From NCBI GenBank assembly GCA_014297435.1, contig JACOQA010000002.1, forward strand, positions 96,001 to 160,000: a stretch of DNA of 64,000 nucleotides. Direction: 5' to 3'. The notes under the pieces were generated by a model. It was given only the letters and a program-made list of their open reading frames with translations. It was not told the DNA's origin and searched no databases. The translations under genes were made by a program, and so were the position numbers. This stretch comes from Candidatus Nanohaloarchaea archaeon (lineage in GTDB: Archaea; Nanohalarchaeota; Nanosalinia; Nanosalinales; Nanosalinaceae). This document shows, one piece after another, positions 20,702 through 31,666 of this stretch (within the stretch, counting starts at the first letter, position 1; each line of letters begins with the position of its first letter).

Positions 20702-22624
20702 ATGGCGAAGATAGTCGGAATCGACCTCGGAACAACAAGAAGCGCAGTAGCTTCAGTAGAAGACGGAGAACCCAAAATCCTCGAAAACAGCGAAGGAGAA
20801 AGAGTAACACCTTCCATAGTCGCATTTGACGACGGCGAAAGACTTGTAGGAAAGCCGGCTAAGAACCAGATGCTGACAAACGAGGAAAATACTGTAAAGT
20901 CGATCAAACGCCACATGGGCGAGGACTACGAAGTCAATCTAGAGGGAGAAGCCTACACGCCACAGCAAATCTCCTCGATGATCCTCCAGAAACTCAAGAA
21001 CGATGCAGAAGACAAACTGGGAGACGATGTCGAGAAAGCAGTTATCACAGTCCCAGCACACTTCAACGACGCACAGAGACAAGCAACAAAAGATGCGGGA
21101 GAGATCGCAGGTCTCGAAGTAGAGAGAATCCTCAACGAGCCAACCGCAGCAGCACTCGCATACGGCCTAGACGATGAATCAGAGAAAACAGTACTTGTAT
21201 ACGACTTCGGAGGAGGAACATTCGACGTAACAGTCCTAGAAATGGGAGACGGAATCTACGAAGTCCAATCCACAGAAGGAGACAACAACCTTGGTGGAGA
21301 CGACTTCGACCAGGAAATAATCGACTGGGTACTCGAAAAGTTCGAGGAAGAAAAAGGAATCGATCTTTCCGAGAACGATGAAGCTCTCCAGAGAGTTAGA
21401 GAGAACGCGGAGGAAGCCAAGAAAGAGCTTTCCTCGAGGAAACAGACCAAAATCAACATTCCGTTCATCCATCAGGACGACGAAGGAAACACATACAACA
21501 TCGACTACGAACTCACACGTTCAAAGTTCGAAGATCTTGTAGAAGATCTGATCCAGAGAACAACAGATCCGACAGAGACCGCAATCGAAGATGCAGGCAT
21601 CTCAAAGTCAGAAATAGACGACGTAATCCTCGTAGGAGGAACAACTAGAGTTCCGGCTGTAAAGGAACATGTCCAAGCAATTACAGGGATGGAACCGGAC
21701 CAAGAAGTCAACCCTGCAGAAGCAGTTGCACAAGGAGCAGCGATTCAGGCAGGAAGCATTACAGGAGAGATGGACGACCTACTGCTTCTTGATGTTGCAC
21801 CTCTCAGCCTTGGAGTCGAAGTCAAGGGAGGTTTAACGGAAACACTGATCGAGAAGAACACAACAATCCCTGCAGAAGAGTCCAAAGTGTTCACGACCGC
21901 CCAGAACAACCAGACAGCGGTAACCGTGCACGTTGTGCAGGGAGAGAGAGAAATGGCCAAAGACAACAAATCTCTTGGCCAGTTCAACCTTCAGGGAATC
22001 CCTCCAGCACAGGCAGGACAGCCTCAGATCGAAGTAACTTTCGAAATCGACTCAGACGGAATCCTCAACGTCTCCGCAGAAGAGCAGCAGAGCGGAGAAG
22101 AAGCCTCAATCAGTATAGACGACACATCAAGACTTGACGAGGACGAGATCGAGGAGATGAAAGAACAGGCAGAAAAACACGAGGAAGAAGACAAGCTGAA
22201 ACGTGAGTTCATCGAGACCAAGAACAAGGCAGATCAAATAGCCTCTCAGGCAGAAACACAGATTGACAACTTCAAAGACGAAGTAGACGAAGAGCTGATT
22301 GAGGGAATCGAAGATGCGATCGAAGACGTTGAAGAAGCCAAGGAAGAAGCAGAAGAGATCGACGATCTTGAAGAGGCATCGGAGCATATCGACTCCGCAA
22401 TCGAGGACTTGGAAAACGAGCTACAGGAGATCGGCCAGGAAATGTATGACGGCCAGCAGGGAGGAATGGGCGGTTTCGACCCAAGTAACATGTCAGAAGA
22501 AGATCTGAAGGAAGCAGCCCAGAACATGGGCGGAATGGGCGGAGCTCCCGGAAACTCTGGTGACGATGAAGTAGTCGACGCAGACTACGAAGAAGTCGAC
22601 ACAGACGAGGAGAAGAAAGAATAA
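20702..22624 (+). CDS. dnaK: Chaperone DnaK
   Basis: [30 protein letters not shown]. Confidence 0.97.
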   Translation: MAKIVGIDLGTTRSAVASVEDGEPKILENSEGERVTPSIVAFDDGERLVGKPAKNQMLTNEENTVKSIKRHMGEDYEVNLEGEAYTPQQISSMILQKLKNDAEDKLGDDVEKAVITVPAHFNDAQRQATKDAGEIAGLEVERILNEPTAAALAYGLDDESEKTVLVYDFGGGTFDVTVLEMGDGIYEVQSTEGDNNLGGDDFDQEIIDWVLEKFEEEKGIDLSENDEALQRVRENAEEAKKELSSRKQTKINIPFIHQDDEGNTYNIDYELTRSKFEDLVEDLIQRTTDPTETAIEDAGISKSEIDDVILVGGTTRVPAVKEHVQAITGMEPDQEVNPAEAVAQGAAIQAGSITGEMDDLLLLDVAPLSLGVEVKGGLTETLIEKNTTIPAEESKVFTTAQNNQTAVTVHVVQGEREMAKDNKSLGQFNLQGIPPAQAGQPQIEVTFEIDSDGILNVSAEEQQSGEEASISIDDTSRLDEDEIEEMKEQAEKHEEEDKLKREFIETKNKADQIASQAETQIDNFKDEVDEELIEGIEDAIEDVEEAKEEAEEIDDLEEASEHIDSAIEDLENELQEIGQEMYDGQQGGMGGFDPSNMSEEDLKEAAQNMGGMGGAPGNSGDDEVVDADYEEVDTDEEKKE

Positions 22625-22642
22625 AGGAGTTTTTTAGCTCCC

Positions 22643-22825
22643 TTAATTCTCCTTTAATTTTGTGTAACCGAGAACCGCATTACTTATTGCTAATGCAAAA
22701 ATCGCGATCGACATCAAGTATTCGCCGAGGTAGCCGACAATCAGCGCTGAAACGGTTGTAAAAACAACCACGCTAATCCAGAACCCCTTATCATGCTCAA
22801 GATCATCTAAATCGACAAGACTCAT
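22643..22825 (-). CDS. Small membrane protein
   Basis: 60 aa with two TM segments. Confidence 0.6.
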   Translation of the reverse strand: MSLVDLDDLEHDKGFWISVVVFTTVSALIVGYLGEYLMSIAIFALAISNAVLGYTKLKEN

Positions 22826-22858
22826 GAAAACACATCATTCGAACGAGAAATAAAAATT

Positions 22859-23932
22859 ATGGCAAAGGAATACTACGAACTTCTAGGAGTATCAGAAGAC
22901 GCAAGTCAGGACGAAATCAAAAAAGCTTACAGGAAGAAGGCGAAGAAATACCACCCTGATTCTAACAAGGATACTGCGGATGAGGAGAAGTTCAAGAAGA
23001 TAAACAAGGCCTACGACGTTCTTTCAGATGAAGACAAAAGAAAGAAGTACGACCAGTTCGGAAAACAAGGAGTCGAAGGCCATGCCGGAAGAGGTCAAAG
23101 ACGAGCTGCATCAAACTTCCAGGATCTGTTCGAACAAATCTTCGGAGGCGGAGGTTTTGGCAGCCAAAGAAAGAGAGGTGGAAAGAACCTCAAAATACAT
23201 ACTACAATAAGCCTAGGCGAAGCCTACTCAGGCGTTGAAAAAACTTTTGAGGTTGAGAGAAAGGCAAAATGTTCCGAATGCAGCGGAACCGGAGCTGAAA
23301 ATGGCAATACATCAACATGTTCCGAGTGTAACGGTAGAGGTCAGGTAAGAAAAGTTCAAAGAACTCCGCTAGGAAGGATGGAGACCGCGGCCGAATGCCC
23401 TAAATGCAACGGCTCAGGGAAAGTGCCTGAAGAAAAGTGCTCAAATTGTGACGGATCCGGTACCGAGAAGAAAGAAGAGACCGTTACCGTGAAAGTTCCG
23501 GAAGGAGTTCGGGATGGGCAACGTCTCAGAGTCAGAAATAAAGGAAACCGCAGCTCGACCGGTGAGACCGGCGACCTCTACGTCTATATCTCAGTTGAAG
23601 AACATGAAAGCCTTGAGAGAAAGGACCACGACCTGTTTACAACAGTAACCTTAGGTGTGGGGGACGTTGCATTAGGCACTTCAGTTGAGATCGACCATCC
23701 TGACTCAAATATCCAGGTCGATGTTCCGAAAGGCACACAGCCCGGACAAGTACTAAGACTTAACGGAAAGGGAATGCCCTCAAGAAGAGGAAGAAACGGA
23801 GATCTCTACGTAAAAGTGGATGTCGAGATCCCCAAGGATGTTTCAGAAGATCAGAGAGAAGTGCTTGAAGGAATGAGAAAGAAGCCTAAAGAAGACCGTT
23901 CGTTCTTCGAGACAGTGAAAGATTTCATATAA
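22859..23932 (+). CDS. dnaJ: Chaperone DnaJ
   Basis: HPD J-domain and four CxxCxGxG repeats. Confidence 0.96.
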   Translation: MAKEYYELLGVSEDASQDEIKKAYRKKAKKYHPDSNKDTADEEKFKKINKAYDVLSDEDKRKKYDQFGKQGVEGHAGRGQRRAASNFQDLFEQIFGGGGFGSQRKRGGKNLKIHTTISLGEAYSGVEKTFEVERKAKCSECSGTGAENGNTSTCSECNGRGQVRKVQRTPLGRMETAAECPKCNGSGKVPEEKCSNCDGSGTEKKEETVTVKVPEGVRDGQRLRVRNKGNRSSTGETGDLYVYISVEEHESLERKDHDLFTTVTLGVGDVALGTSVEIDHPDSNIQVDVPKGTQPGQVLRLNGKGMPSRRGRNGDLYVKVDVEIPKDVSEDQREVLEGMRKKPKEDRSFFETVKDFI

Positions 23933-24656
23933 GCGCCTTGATATACGGTATAGAGTACATTATGGCGACCCCTATAGAGAAAACTAGAACGTGTGGCGCC
24001 CAGTTATCCTCGATATCCTTTATTTCGGGCATCAGGTCGCTTCCCGCGATATAGACAAAGTTGCCGACAACCAGAGGCAGAAGGATGCTTTGGATAGAAC
24101 CAGAAACATTTGAAAGCATTATAACAGCTAAAGCGCCTAGAAACATGAAAACACTGATACCTAGGTTAAAACCGAAGGCTTTGACTCGTGTAAAGCCCGA
24201 GTGGACAAGTATTCCAAAGTCTCCTATTTCTTTAGGCACTTTATGGAGTGCGACAGCGATTGTTGCGGCGACACCTGCGGAAGTCGATGCAAGAAAGCTT
24301 GAGGCGATCAATATACCGTCCAGTATGTTGTGTATGGCGTCACCTACAACCAATACTATAGAGAATGGTTCGTAGTGGTGGTCTGCGTGATGGCAGTGCC
24401 AGTGTACAAGTTTTTCGAGCAGGAAGGATCCAAGTATTCCTGCCATTATAGCGAGACCTGTGAACCGTGTGTATGATCCGGCGAGTTTGAATACGAGGTG
24501 GATGAATACGCCGCCGAAGATTGTTCCTGCGGAAAGCGAGATCATGTAAGGTATGTAGCGTTCCATTCGCTCTTTCTCCACGAAGAGGAAAAGTGCGCCA
24601 AGCGCAGATAAGACCGCAGTAATACCTATACTTAGAAGTATATTCTTGTAGACCAT
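23925..24656 (-). CDS. ZIP family zinc transporter
   Basis: [32 protein letters not shown]. Confidence 0.9.
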   Translation of the reverse strand: MVYKNILLSIGITAVLSALGALFLFVEKERMERYIPYMISLSAGTIFGGVFIHLVFKLAGSYTRFTGLAIMAGILGSFLLEKLVHWHCHHADHHYEPFSIVLVVGDAIHNILDGILIASSFLASTSAGVAATIAVALHKVPKEIGDFGILVHSGFTRVKAFGFNLGISVFMFLGALAVIMLSNVSGSIQSILLPLVVGNFVYIAGSDLMPEIKDIEDNWAPHVLVFSIGVAIMYSIPYIKALI

Positions 24657-24738
24657 TCAGCCTCTGTGATATTTTCTCGAACCACAGTATTAAATTAAGG
24701 TACAAAAAAAGAAGGTTTTTAGTAAAAACAGTATCCTT

Positions 24739-24822
24739 TTAGTTTGCGTCTTCACCTCTTAAGCCCGGTACAGTAAGTCTTTCAAGTTCAACCTCGAACT
24801 GGTTCATCACGTTAGGATCCAT
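24739..24822 (-). CDS. Putative 27-aa small protein
   Basis: GGTGATCGGAGTA RBS then MDPNVMNQFEVELERLTVPGLRGEDAN*. Confidence 0.4.
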   Translation of the reverse strand: MDPNVMNQFEVELERLTVPGLRGEDAN

Positions 24823-24968
24823 TACTCCGATCACCCTTGGAAAAGTTTTTGATCTTAGATATTCAAAAAGAAAGTTTCAGTAAGTTATAGGAGTCCTGAG
24901 ACAACAAAAACCCTTATTAGAAAACAAAAACTATACACTACAACTTAAAGGTTTTATCGATCCTAAAA

Positions 24969-26240
24969 CTAAGATCCTATAGAAGAAATAAACTCTGTGA
25001 CACCGACTCCCTCACGGTAAAGGACGCCAGCTACAACAGCGAGACCGGCAAGGATCGAACCTATTAGACGCGTTTCAGAGCCTGAGAAAGCTCCAAGAGC
25101 TGGCGACCCACCACCCCCAGCGAAACTTGTGGTTTGATCAGAAGTCTCAAAACCGCCACCGGACCCGACACGTCTTAAGGTAGAGGTCTCAGCCTCCATA
25201 CCGCCCTTTCTAGCGACGAACCTAATCCGGTTTAGACCTTCCTCCATGCTTAAAAGCGTGCAGAAACGGTTTTCCGCATCTTCCTCACGCTGCCTTTCAC
25301 CATTCCTGTATATTGTAACTTTTTCGGCGTCACCCGAAATATCAGCGCATGCCCTCACCGTTCCGGGTTCAGATATAGGAGGCATATCTATATCACTTAT
25401 TTCAAGACCAGAGACTACATCGAGCTCTAAGGTTCGTGATTCAGAACCTGCCGAAACCTGGAAATCGATTTTACCTGGTTCAGAGGGAGTAAAACCTGTC
25501 CTGAAATCTGTGTTAGGTTCAACCGTTTGTTCAAAGATTCTCTGGTCCCCAGCAAAAACATTTACAGTCTGAGAAGATGGGAATTCATGGTTTCCGCTGA
25601 CATAGACCGTTTCACCTAAAGAAACTTGTTCCTGGGAAAGCTTTACATCCAAGTTCTGCCCTTGCACAACTACTTCAGGCCAGTCTATCGATGAAACTCC
25701 GTCACCTGAACCCCCACCGTTCGTATTATCTGAAGAGTCTTGATCATCTTGATCCGAAGAGTCAGAGTCTTCATCATTATCCGAGTTTTCATTAGAGTCG
25801 TCCTGAGAATCTCCGTCATCAAACCTGGATCCATCCTCATTAGAATCATCGGTTGAATCACCGCTATCAAACCTGGAACCATCTTCACCTGCATCATCTG
25901 TAGAGTCTCCACTATCGAATCTGGAGCCGTCCTCGTTTGAGTCATCAGTTGAATCTCCGCTATCAAATCGAGAGTCGTCACTACTCTCGTCAGAGGTGTC
26001 GGTCGAATCTTGTCGATCTCCCGTATTGTAATCGTCTTGAGAGTCACCGCTATCAAACCTAGAACCAGGACTTTCCGTGTCATCGTTCGAATCTCCGCTG
26101 TCGAATCTATCACTGGATCCTTCCGAGTAATCGTTGAAGTCGTCCTGAGAGTCACCGCTCGCGAACCGCTGACCAGCCACAAGAGATGCTGAAGAGGCAA
26201 GAAGAATTAGGATACCGAGGGCTAGAGCTGTCTTCTTCAT
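24969..26240 (-). CDS. Surface protein: signal peptide, RFDSGDSxDD repeats, Ig-like domains, C-terminal TM
   Basis: MKKTALALGILILL signal; 7 acidic repeats; beta-rich domains with a Cys pair; hydrophobic tail. Confidence 0.8.
   Translation of the reverse strand: MKKTALALGILILLASSASLVAGQRFASGDSQDDFNDYSEGSSDRFDSGDSNDDTESPGSRFDSGDSQDDYNTGDRQDSTDTSDESSDDSRFDSGDSTDDSNEDGSRFDSGDSTDDAGEDGSRFDSGDSTDDSNEDGSRFDDGDSQDDSNENSDNDEDSDSSDQDDQDSSDNTNGGGSGDGVSSIDWPEVVVQGQNLDVKLSQEQVSLGETVYVSGNHEFPSSQTVNVFAGDQRIFEQTVEPNTDFRTGFTPSEPGKIDFQVSAGSESRTLELDVVSGLEISDIDMPPISEPGTVRACADISGDAEKVTIYRNGERQREEDAENRFCTLLSMEEGLNRIRFVARKGGMEAETSTLRRVGSGGGFETSDQTTSFAGGGGSPALGAFSGSETRLIGSILAGLAVVAGVLYREGVGVTEFISSIGS
25790..26170 (-). 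repeat. Intragenic tandem repeats encoding RFDSGDS(Q/T/N)DD
   Basis: Seven copies at about 15-aa spacing, plus one degenerate copy. Confidence 0.85.
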
Positions 26241-26247
26241 AACGGTT

Positions 26248-27090
26248 TCAGTCGCAGTAGTTGTTAGGGTTGGCGTTTTCGAAGAGTTGGTCTGCCTGCG
26301 ATACAGTCAGGTCTTCCTGAGAATCGGCGTCGTTAAGTTGAATTACGTATGAATCCGGTCGACCGTCATTGTCCGAGTCCCTAAAGTCAATATCGTAACC
26401 TATATCGCCTTCGACAGCAGTAAGATCTTCCAAGGGTTCGTCTCCAATCGCATCTCTGACGTCCTCTTCGACAAAGTAACCGGACACACCTCCTTCATTA
26501 CGGTAACAGGCAGCTTCCGGAAGCTCATTCATAGTGTCGTAGAACTTGGTTTCACCTGTCTGATCGATCTCGCCCGGACTTTCACCTGAATCTGTCGGCT
26601 GCTGCGTCTGCTCAGAAGCCTGATTGTCTTCCTCAGTCTCTTGGTTAGGAGTGTTGGAATCGTTTGAGTTTTGATTATTATTTGCGCCTTGGTTTGTTTG
26701 ATCTTCGGTCGAGGTTTGATTCGATGTCTGTCCTGTGGCTGTACCAGATGTTTTTTGAACTCCCGAGCCAGATCCAAGATCTCCATCTATCTTTCCGTCA
26801 GCTCCATAATCGGCGCCTATATATCCTGCTGCGCCTATACCGGCTGAAGCGAATGTTGCTTGTAATACAGAGCGTCTTCTTTCATTCACCCCTTCTTCGG
26901 TGTAGACTCCGGCTGCGTTGTATAATGTGTCTCTTGGAACTGTGTAGAGTTTTTTTATTCCGCCACCGAGCATGTGGGCGACCTCCCCTAGCCCTCCGCC
27001 TTTTCCTTCAAGGTTTTCCGAGGCATTTCCGCCCACGGAGGAGCTTTCTGATTCTCTTCTGTTTCCAGCGTCTCCTGGTTCTTCAGACAT
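26248..27090 (-). CDS. Membrane-anchored acidic protein with internal twin-arginine-like motif
   Basis: RRRSVLQATFASAGIGAAGYIG, Q/N/T linker, DSDNDGRPD loop, two Cys. Confidence 0.75.
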   Translation of the reverse strand: MSEEPGDAGNRRESESSSVGGNASENLEGKGGGLGEVAHMLGGGIKKLYTVPRDTLYNAAGVYTEEGVNERRRSVLQATFASAGIGAAGYIGADYGADGKIDGDLGSGSGVQKTSGTATGQTSNQTSTEDQTNQGANNNQNSNDSNTPNQETEEDNQASEQTQQPTDSGESPGEIDQTGETKFYDTMNELPEAACYRNEGGVSGYFVEEDVRDAIGDEPLEDLTAVEGDIGYDIDFRDSDNDGRPDSYVIQLNDADSQEDLTVSQADQLFENANPNNYCD

Positions 27091-27200
27091 CGTGAGTCAC
27101 GGTAACCCTTTAGAAGTCTTTTATTAAGTCCATTTGTTTTCTTGACCGAAATAAACAGTTCTTTGTAATATAAACGTTATATCTATGGTTCAGAAAGAAA

Positions 27201-28058
27201 TTAGGAAAATATGAGAGATGTGACGACAAATCCGCCCGTAATAACGGACAGAAGCGCCTTCGAAATAAAGCCCAAACTTGTTGGAGCGCCCGCTGTCGAT
27301 GCACCCGCTTGCTCCTCAACTTGAGACTCCGCACCACCCGAGGTTAAGACCCTGATCTCAGCCGTCCTCGAGTCAGAGGAGCCTTGATTCTCGACCACAA
27401 GCTCGAAGCTGTTCACGCCTTCAGCACCCGGAGAGATGCTAAAGCATAGATCACCAGAGGCTTCAGCCGAATCAACAAGGTTGTCGTTCCTGTAGAGTCT
27501 GACGTCCGCCTCCCGAGTTGAATCTATACTAGAGCATGCCTCTATTATCTCACCTTCCGAAACCACGTCCGGAATCTGGAAGCTTCGGATCGAAACACCT
27601 TGGTTCTCAGACCGTCCTAAGTCTATATTCGGCAGCTCTATTCCTTCACCTGTTCCCGAAGATTGGTTTTCGTCCCTTCCTTCTACTGTGTCATCTAGAT
27701 CCCCCGGGCTTTCCATTTCAGGGCTGTTCTGCTCTAACTCATCATTCCTGTCACCTGGACTTTCCATGCCAGTTGATTCGTTTTCAAGTTCATCGTTCCT
27801 ATCTCCAGGGCTTTCAAGTTCAGTCGATGAGGTGCTTTTAGAGGTCTGGTTGTTCCTGTCACCTGGGCTCCGGTTACTGCTTGGACGCGATTCCATATCT
27901 CCCGGGCTTTCACCCGAATCCATTTCTCCCGGAGATACCCTGCTTGACTCATACCTATCGGCAGGGCTTTTCGGGCTGGAAGCCGTTTGGGCAACTGTGA
28001 AAGTAGCCATTAAAATGAACGTGGTAAGAAGTAGGGCTGTTCGGCTTTTTGGAGGCAT
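27201..28058 (-). CDS. Surface protein: signal peptide, ESPGD repeats, Ig-like domain, C-terminal TM
   Basis: About 7 SP(G/A)(D/E) repeats; ACSSI...LYRND...LCF domain similar to 24969-26240. Confidence 0.8.
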   Translation of the reverse strand: MPPKSRTALLLTTFILMATFTVAQTASSPKSPADRYESSRVSPGEMDSGESPGDMESRPSSNRSPGDRNNQTSKSTSSTELESPGDRNDELENESTGMESPGDRNDELEQNSPEMESPGDLDDTVEGRDENQSSGTGEGIELPNIDLGRSENQGVSIRSFQIPDVVSEGEIIEACSSIDSTREADVRLYRNDNLVDSAEASGDLCFSISPGAEGVNSFELVVENQGSSDSRTAEIRVLTSGGAESQVEEQAGASTAGAPTSLGFISKALLSVITGGFVVTSLIFS

Positions 28059-28747
28059 CAGCCATCACACTCGTATAGCGCTCCTACTACCTCCGGATTC
28101 TGAAGTGCGTCCTGGTAGATTTCCTGCTCCACCGGTTCGTAGTTTCCACGACCATCACTGAGCAGTACCTCTTCCTCGCCTAGAACATCCGTGTTGTGAG
28201 GATCTCTGTCAACTAGAAATACGTATTCCTCGTCTGAGTCAACCATCAGGCCGTCGCCAGGTAGCGTGTCCGAAGGCCATGTTTCGTACTGGTCAAGATT
28301 TAAATCGCCAAGTCTTTCGTATTGACCTCTAAGCCCTTGAACCCAATCAAGTTCGACCGCTAGGTCACATCCTCTGTTCGCGAGGGGTTCTGGCGGAACT
28401 CTTGCACCTGCTCCTGTGTCTTGGGGTGTGCTCTGGTTACTTCCTGTCCCGTTACCTGTTTGGTTGCCGTCACCTCCTGCACCCCCTCCAAGCTGTTCAG
28501 ACTTCCAGTTTATAGCGGCTCCATCACCGTCTGTAGCTTCTAGTATTCCGAAGCCTACAACGCCGACACCTGTGGCTGCACCTAAAGCTCCTAGACCTGT
28601 CTGGAGTACTTCTCTCCTGTTCGGCAAATATTCTTCGTTCGTATCCTCCGTAGTGCGGTCTTTTTCTATTGTGGTTTCTTCAGTAACTTTTGTTTCTTCA
28701 TGTGTGTTTTCGTCTTCGTCCCAATTTTCGTCTTCCGGGTCTGACAT
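28058..28747 (-). CDS. Membrane-anchored acidic protein with internal twin-arginine-like motif
   Basis: NRREVLQTGLGALGAATGVGVVG, G/N/T linker, two Cys; GGTGA RBS. Confidence 0.75.
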   Translation of the reverse strand: MSDPEDENWDEDENTHEETKVTEETTIEKDRTTEDTNEEYLPNRREVLQTGLGALGAATGVGVVGFGILEATDGDGAAINWKSEQLGGGAGGDGNQTGNGTGSNQSTPQDTGAGARVPPEPLANRGCDLAVELDWVQGLRGQYERLGDLNLDQYETWPSDTLPGDGLMVDSDEEYVFLVDRDPHNTDVLGEEEVLLSDGRGNYEPVEQEIYQDALQNPEVVGALYECDG

Positions 28748-28959
28748 AGTTTGTTCTCACCAATAATCCTAAACTTCTAACCCGACTAAGAAAAGGAAAG
28801 TTGTGAATAATTCCAATAATCGGCTCTGAAAGCCTCAAAACATGTAGAACGCAATAAGAACTATTTTAAGCAGTCCTTGGCTTGGGAGTGGTCGAAAAGA
28901 CGGTTACACCAACGTAAGTCAAACGGTTAAGTCAAACCCTTACACTCATAATTTGTATT

Positions 28960-29337
28960 ATGAAGTTCGCACACACGATGCTCAGAGTCTCGAACCCAGA
29001 AAAAGTCATCGAATTCTACACAGAAGCATTTGACTGGGAGATGAAACGAAAGAAGGAGATGGAAACCTTCACCCTATACTTCCTTGGACCGGAAGATCAG
29101 ACCGCCGAGCTTGAACTCACATACAACCATGGGGAAGACGATCGATACGAGAAAGGCGAGGGCTATGGACACATCGCAATCCACACAGAAGAAGGTCAGT
29201 CACTGGAAGATGCGTATCGAAAGGCTGTTGATGCCGGTGGCGAGGACTACCGAGCTCCCGACGAATGTCCTGGAAACTACGCTTTTGTGAAAGACCCTGA
29301 AGGTTACGAGGTAGAGATCTTAGCGAGATCACCTTAA
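28960..29337 (+). CDS. gloA: Lactoylglutathione lyase / VOC family protein
   Basis: HTMLRV, LELTYN, GYGHIA, FVKDPEGYEVEI. Confidence 0.88.
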   Translation: MKFAHTMLRVSNPEKVIEFYTEAFDWEMKRKKEMETFTLYFLGPEDQTAELELTYNHGEDDRYEKGEGYGHIAIHTEEGQSLEDAYRKAVDAGGEDYRAPDECPGNYAFVKDPEGYEVEILARSP

Positions 29338-29679
29338 TTCTCGCACCCTTTTTCTTTCCTATATCTTATCCCGTTAGTACACCCCGAGCAACCATCAAAG
29401 GAGTGAGTCTCTAACAGTCACTTGGATCCGTCAGAGTAAACCCACCTATTCTTTCGAAGAAATGGCATGTTTAGTCCTGCTGCAACTCACAATCACCTAA
29501 AGATTGTTCAAATATATTGAACAGTAATATGTTCTTCAAAAACGAACATTCAAATGTTTTTAATACCTTTTGTTATTTCCATTTGGTGAAGACGAAAATA
29601 GAAGAGTGTTCGTCCTTCAAGAACAACCAATATTTACTTTTTGGTAACAAATAAAAAGCTAGGGCTTCAATCCTTTACT

Positions 29680-30087
29680 ATGAGCTCAGATCAAGGCTTG
29701 GAAGGCGCCAGAAATGAAGCTAGAACAGTTTATCACGAGAAGGATAGGTATGAAGCCATACCGGAGCTAACGGGAATGATGGGCGCCAAGGAAACGCTCG
29801 AACATCAAGAGAAGGATGCCGTAGATACTGCTTATGAACTAATTAACGAATACGGACACAACCTTGAGGAGGACGATAATAGAGCCAATAAAGATCTGGG
29901 ATGGTCGCTCGCACAGGCAAGGGACCTAATGGAGAGAGAGCCATCTACAGATTTTGAAAAACGTGCACACAACCTTCTCGAAAGCCTTGACAGAAAGATC
30001 TGTCGTGACCAAGAAATATCTGGAACAGTCCAGGTTTATGCAACGATGCATGGTCAGGGCAAAGAGATGAATGAATTAACCGAGTAA
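29680..30087 (+). CDS. Hypothetical protein
   Basis: Acidic helical ORF, likely start MSSDQG. Confidence 0.65.
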   Translation: MSSDQGLEGARNEARTVYHEKDRYEAIPELTGMMGAKETLEHQEKDAVDTAYELINEYGHNLEEDDNRANKDLGWSLAQARDLMEREPSTDFEKRAHNLLESLDRKICRDQEISGTVQVYATMHGQGKEMNELTE

Positions 30088-30646
30088 TGAGTGTTAATAA
30101 TATTTGAACACTCATGGACTTTCGCACTAAATTCGGAAAAACATCCAGAACAAAGGAGGTATAACGCAAACGAGTGAATCGATACCACCCCCTCAACAGG
30201 TCGAAGATATACCTTCCTTATTATAGCCGAGATGTTTCTGGCACACCCTTGCCTAAGCGTGAAAGATATATCGATAAACACGTATAGCTATATTTCTGAT
30301 ATACCTCCTTTGTTAAGACTAATTCTCATTTCCCCCTCCACGAGAGTTCAATGACAGCAAACACTCACCGATTCATATCCGCCTAAGTATGAAGATAATT
30401 ACTCCCGCAATCAAAAGTCCTACACCCCAGTAAGTCGAAGTATAAGGCAGTTAAGTAAGAACAAAAGTCGCCAACCCCGACGTAATAAGAGACCATCCAG
30501 CAGTTGTCTGGTAAGCCATAAAACCTATTTAGAGGTCTAAAAGAAAGGATCTTCTTCCAGAATAGAACATGCAAAAGCTTCTATTGTACTACGATCACAG
30601 ATTTCACCGAAAAACTATATTCGAGCACAACAAAACACTTCGAAGC

Positions 30647-31402
30647 ATGGAGCAATCAAGAAACAAAATCATATTAGCTATCTTAGTTTTTTTGTCAGCA
30701 ACACTCCTCAGCTCCACTCTAATTGATACTCAGAAGGACAAACCCAACTATATCAGCGACTGGGCTTACAAAATAGGGATTGAAAACTATACCTGGTCCG
30801 CTGAAGCACATATAGATAAAACCGAACTCGATTCTGGAATATACCTTGTAACAAAACACAGAAAGGGTGAAGTTACGTCAAAGCAGCTGGATAATGCCTG
30901 GAGACTTTATAACAATACATATTCCGCCATAGTATCTAAAGGATGGACTAAATTCACTAAAGCAAAACAGGACGGCTTCATAAACTGGAGAAATAGTATA
31001 CATTACGTAAACAAAGATTTCATACTCGATAACAAGACTTTAGACCCTGAAAGACCCGAAAGCCTAATTTACTTCAATCAAAGCGGAGAAATGAAACTCG
31101 GAGGAGCAATGTACCTGGAAAACGATATAAACAAGACCGGCAAACAGGTAGGCGGTCCTCTCACAGCCTGGCACTTCCATAGATACGAGGAGAATAGGTG
31201 CTTAGCCGACGGAAAATACTTCATTTCCAGAGAATGTGATAGCAGCGACCCAATAATATCTCCAGAAATGCTGCATGTATGGATGATTAAACATCCAGAA
31301 AGCCAGTTTAGCACCTCAATGTGGATTAAAAACATTTCAAGATCCGATTACGATAAAATAGATAAATTAAAATTTAAAAGAAAAGAGTTAAGGAATAATT
31401 AA
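30647..31402 (+). CDS. Hypothetical exported protein, AT-rich and atypically non-acidic
   Basis: N-terminal TM; HYVN, LDPERPESLIY, GGPLTAWHFH, PEMLHVW. Confidence 0.7.
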   Translation: MEQSRNKIILAILVFLSATLLSSTLIDTQKDKPNYISDWAYKIGIENYTWSAEAHIDKTELDSGIYLVTKHRKGEVTSKQLDNAWRLYNNTYSAIVSKGWTKFTKAKQDGFINWRNSIHYVNKDFILDNKTLDPERPESLIYFNQSGEMKLGGAMYLENDINKTGKQVGGPLTAWHFHRYEENRCLADGKYFISRECDSSDPIISPEMLHVWMIKHPESQFSTSMWIKNISRSDYDKIDKLKFKRKELRNN

Positions 31403-31459
31403 CACTTAAGACGCGAAGAACCCAATGTTCTAAGATATATCAGGTTCCAAAAGAAATAT

Positions 31460-31666
31460 TTACTGCTTGGTATGCTCATCTAGCACTCTTAACACTATAT
31501 CTCTGTTGTTTTCAGTGTAGAGAATGTGTGCCACCCCTTCTTCAGATTTCGTAACCGATATACCTAGCCCCATCTGACCAAACACATCTTTCAGTCTGGA
31601 GTAAAGTCTCCCATCACCATGAATTATGAAGCGTTCGCCGTCGTCCTGGATCTTTGTAATCTTCAT
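31460..31666 (-). CDS. Hypothetical protein
   Basis: 68 aa ATG-started ORF. Confidence 0.55.
   Translation of the reverse strand: MKITKIQDDGERFIIHGDGRLYSRLKDVFGQMGLGISVTKSEEGVAHILYTENNRDIVLRVLDEHTKQ

Noticed and set aside
20683-22527. Many short antisense ORFs in dnaK, as also seen in RPA and the peptidases
   Set aside because: Expected antisense shadows of acidic, codon-biased genes
30054-30574. Short - strand ORFs or a possible decayed membrane gene
   Set aside because: No recognisable family and inconsistent frames
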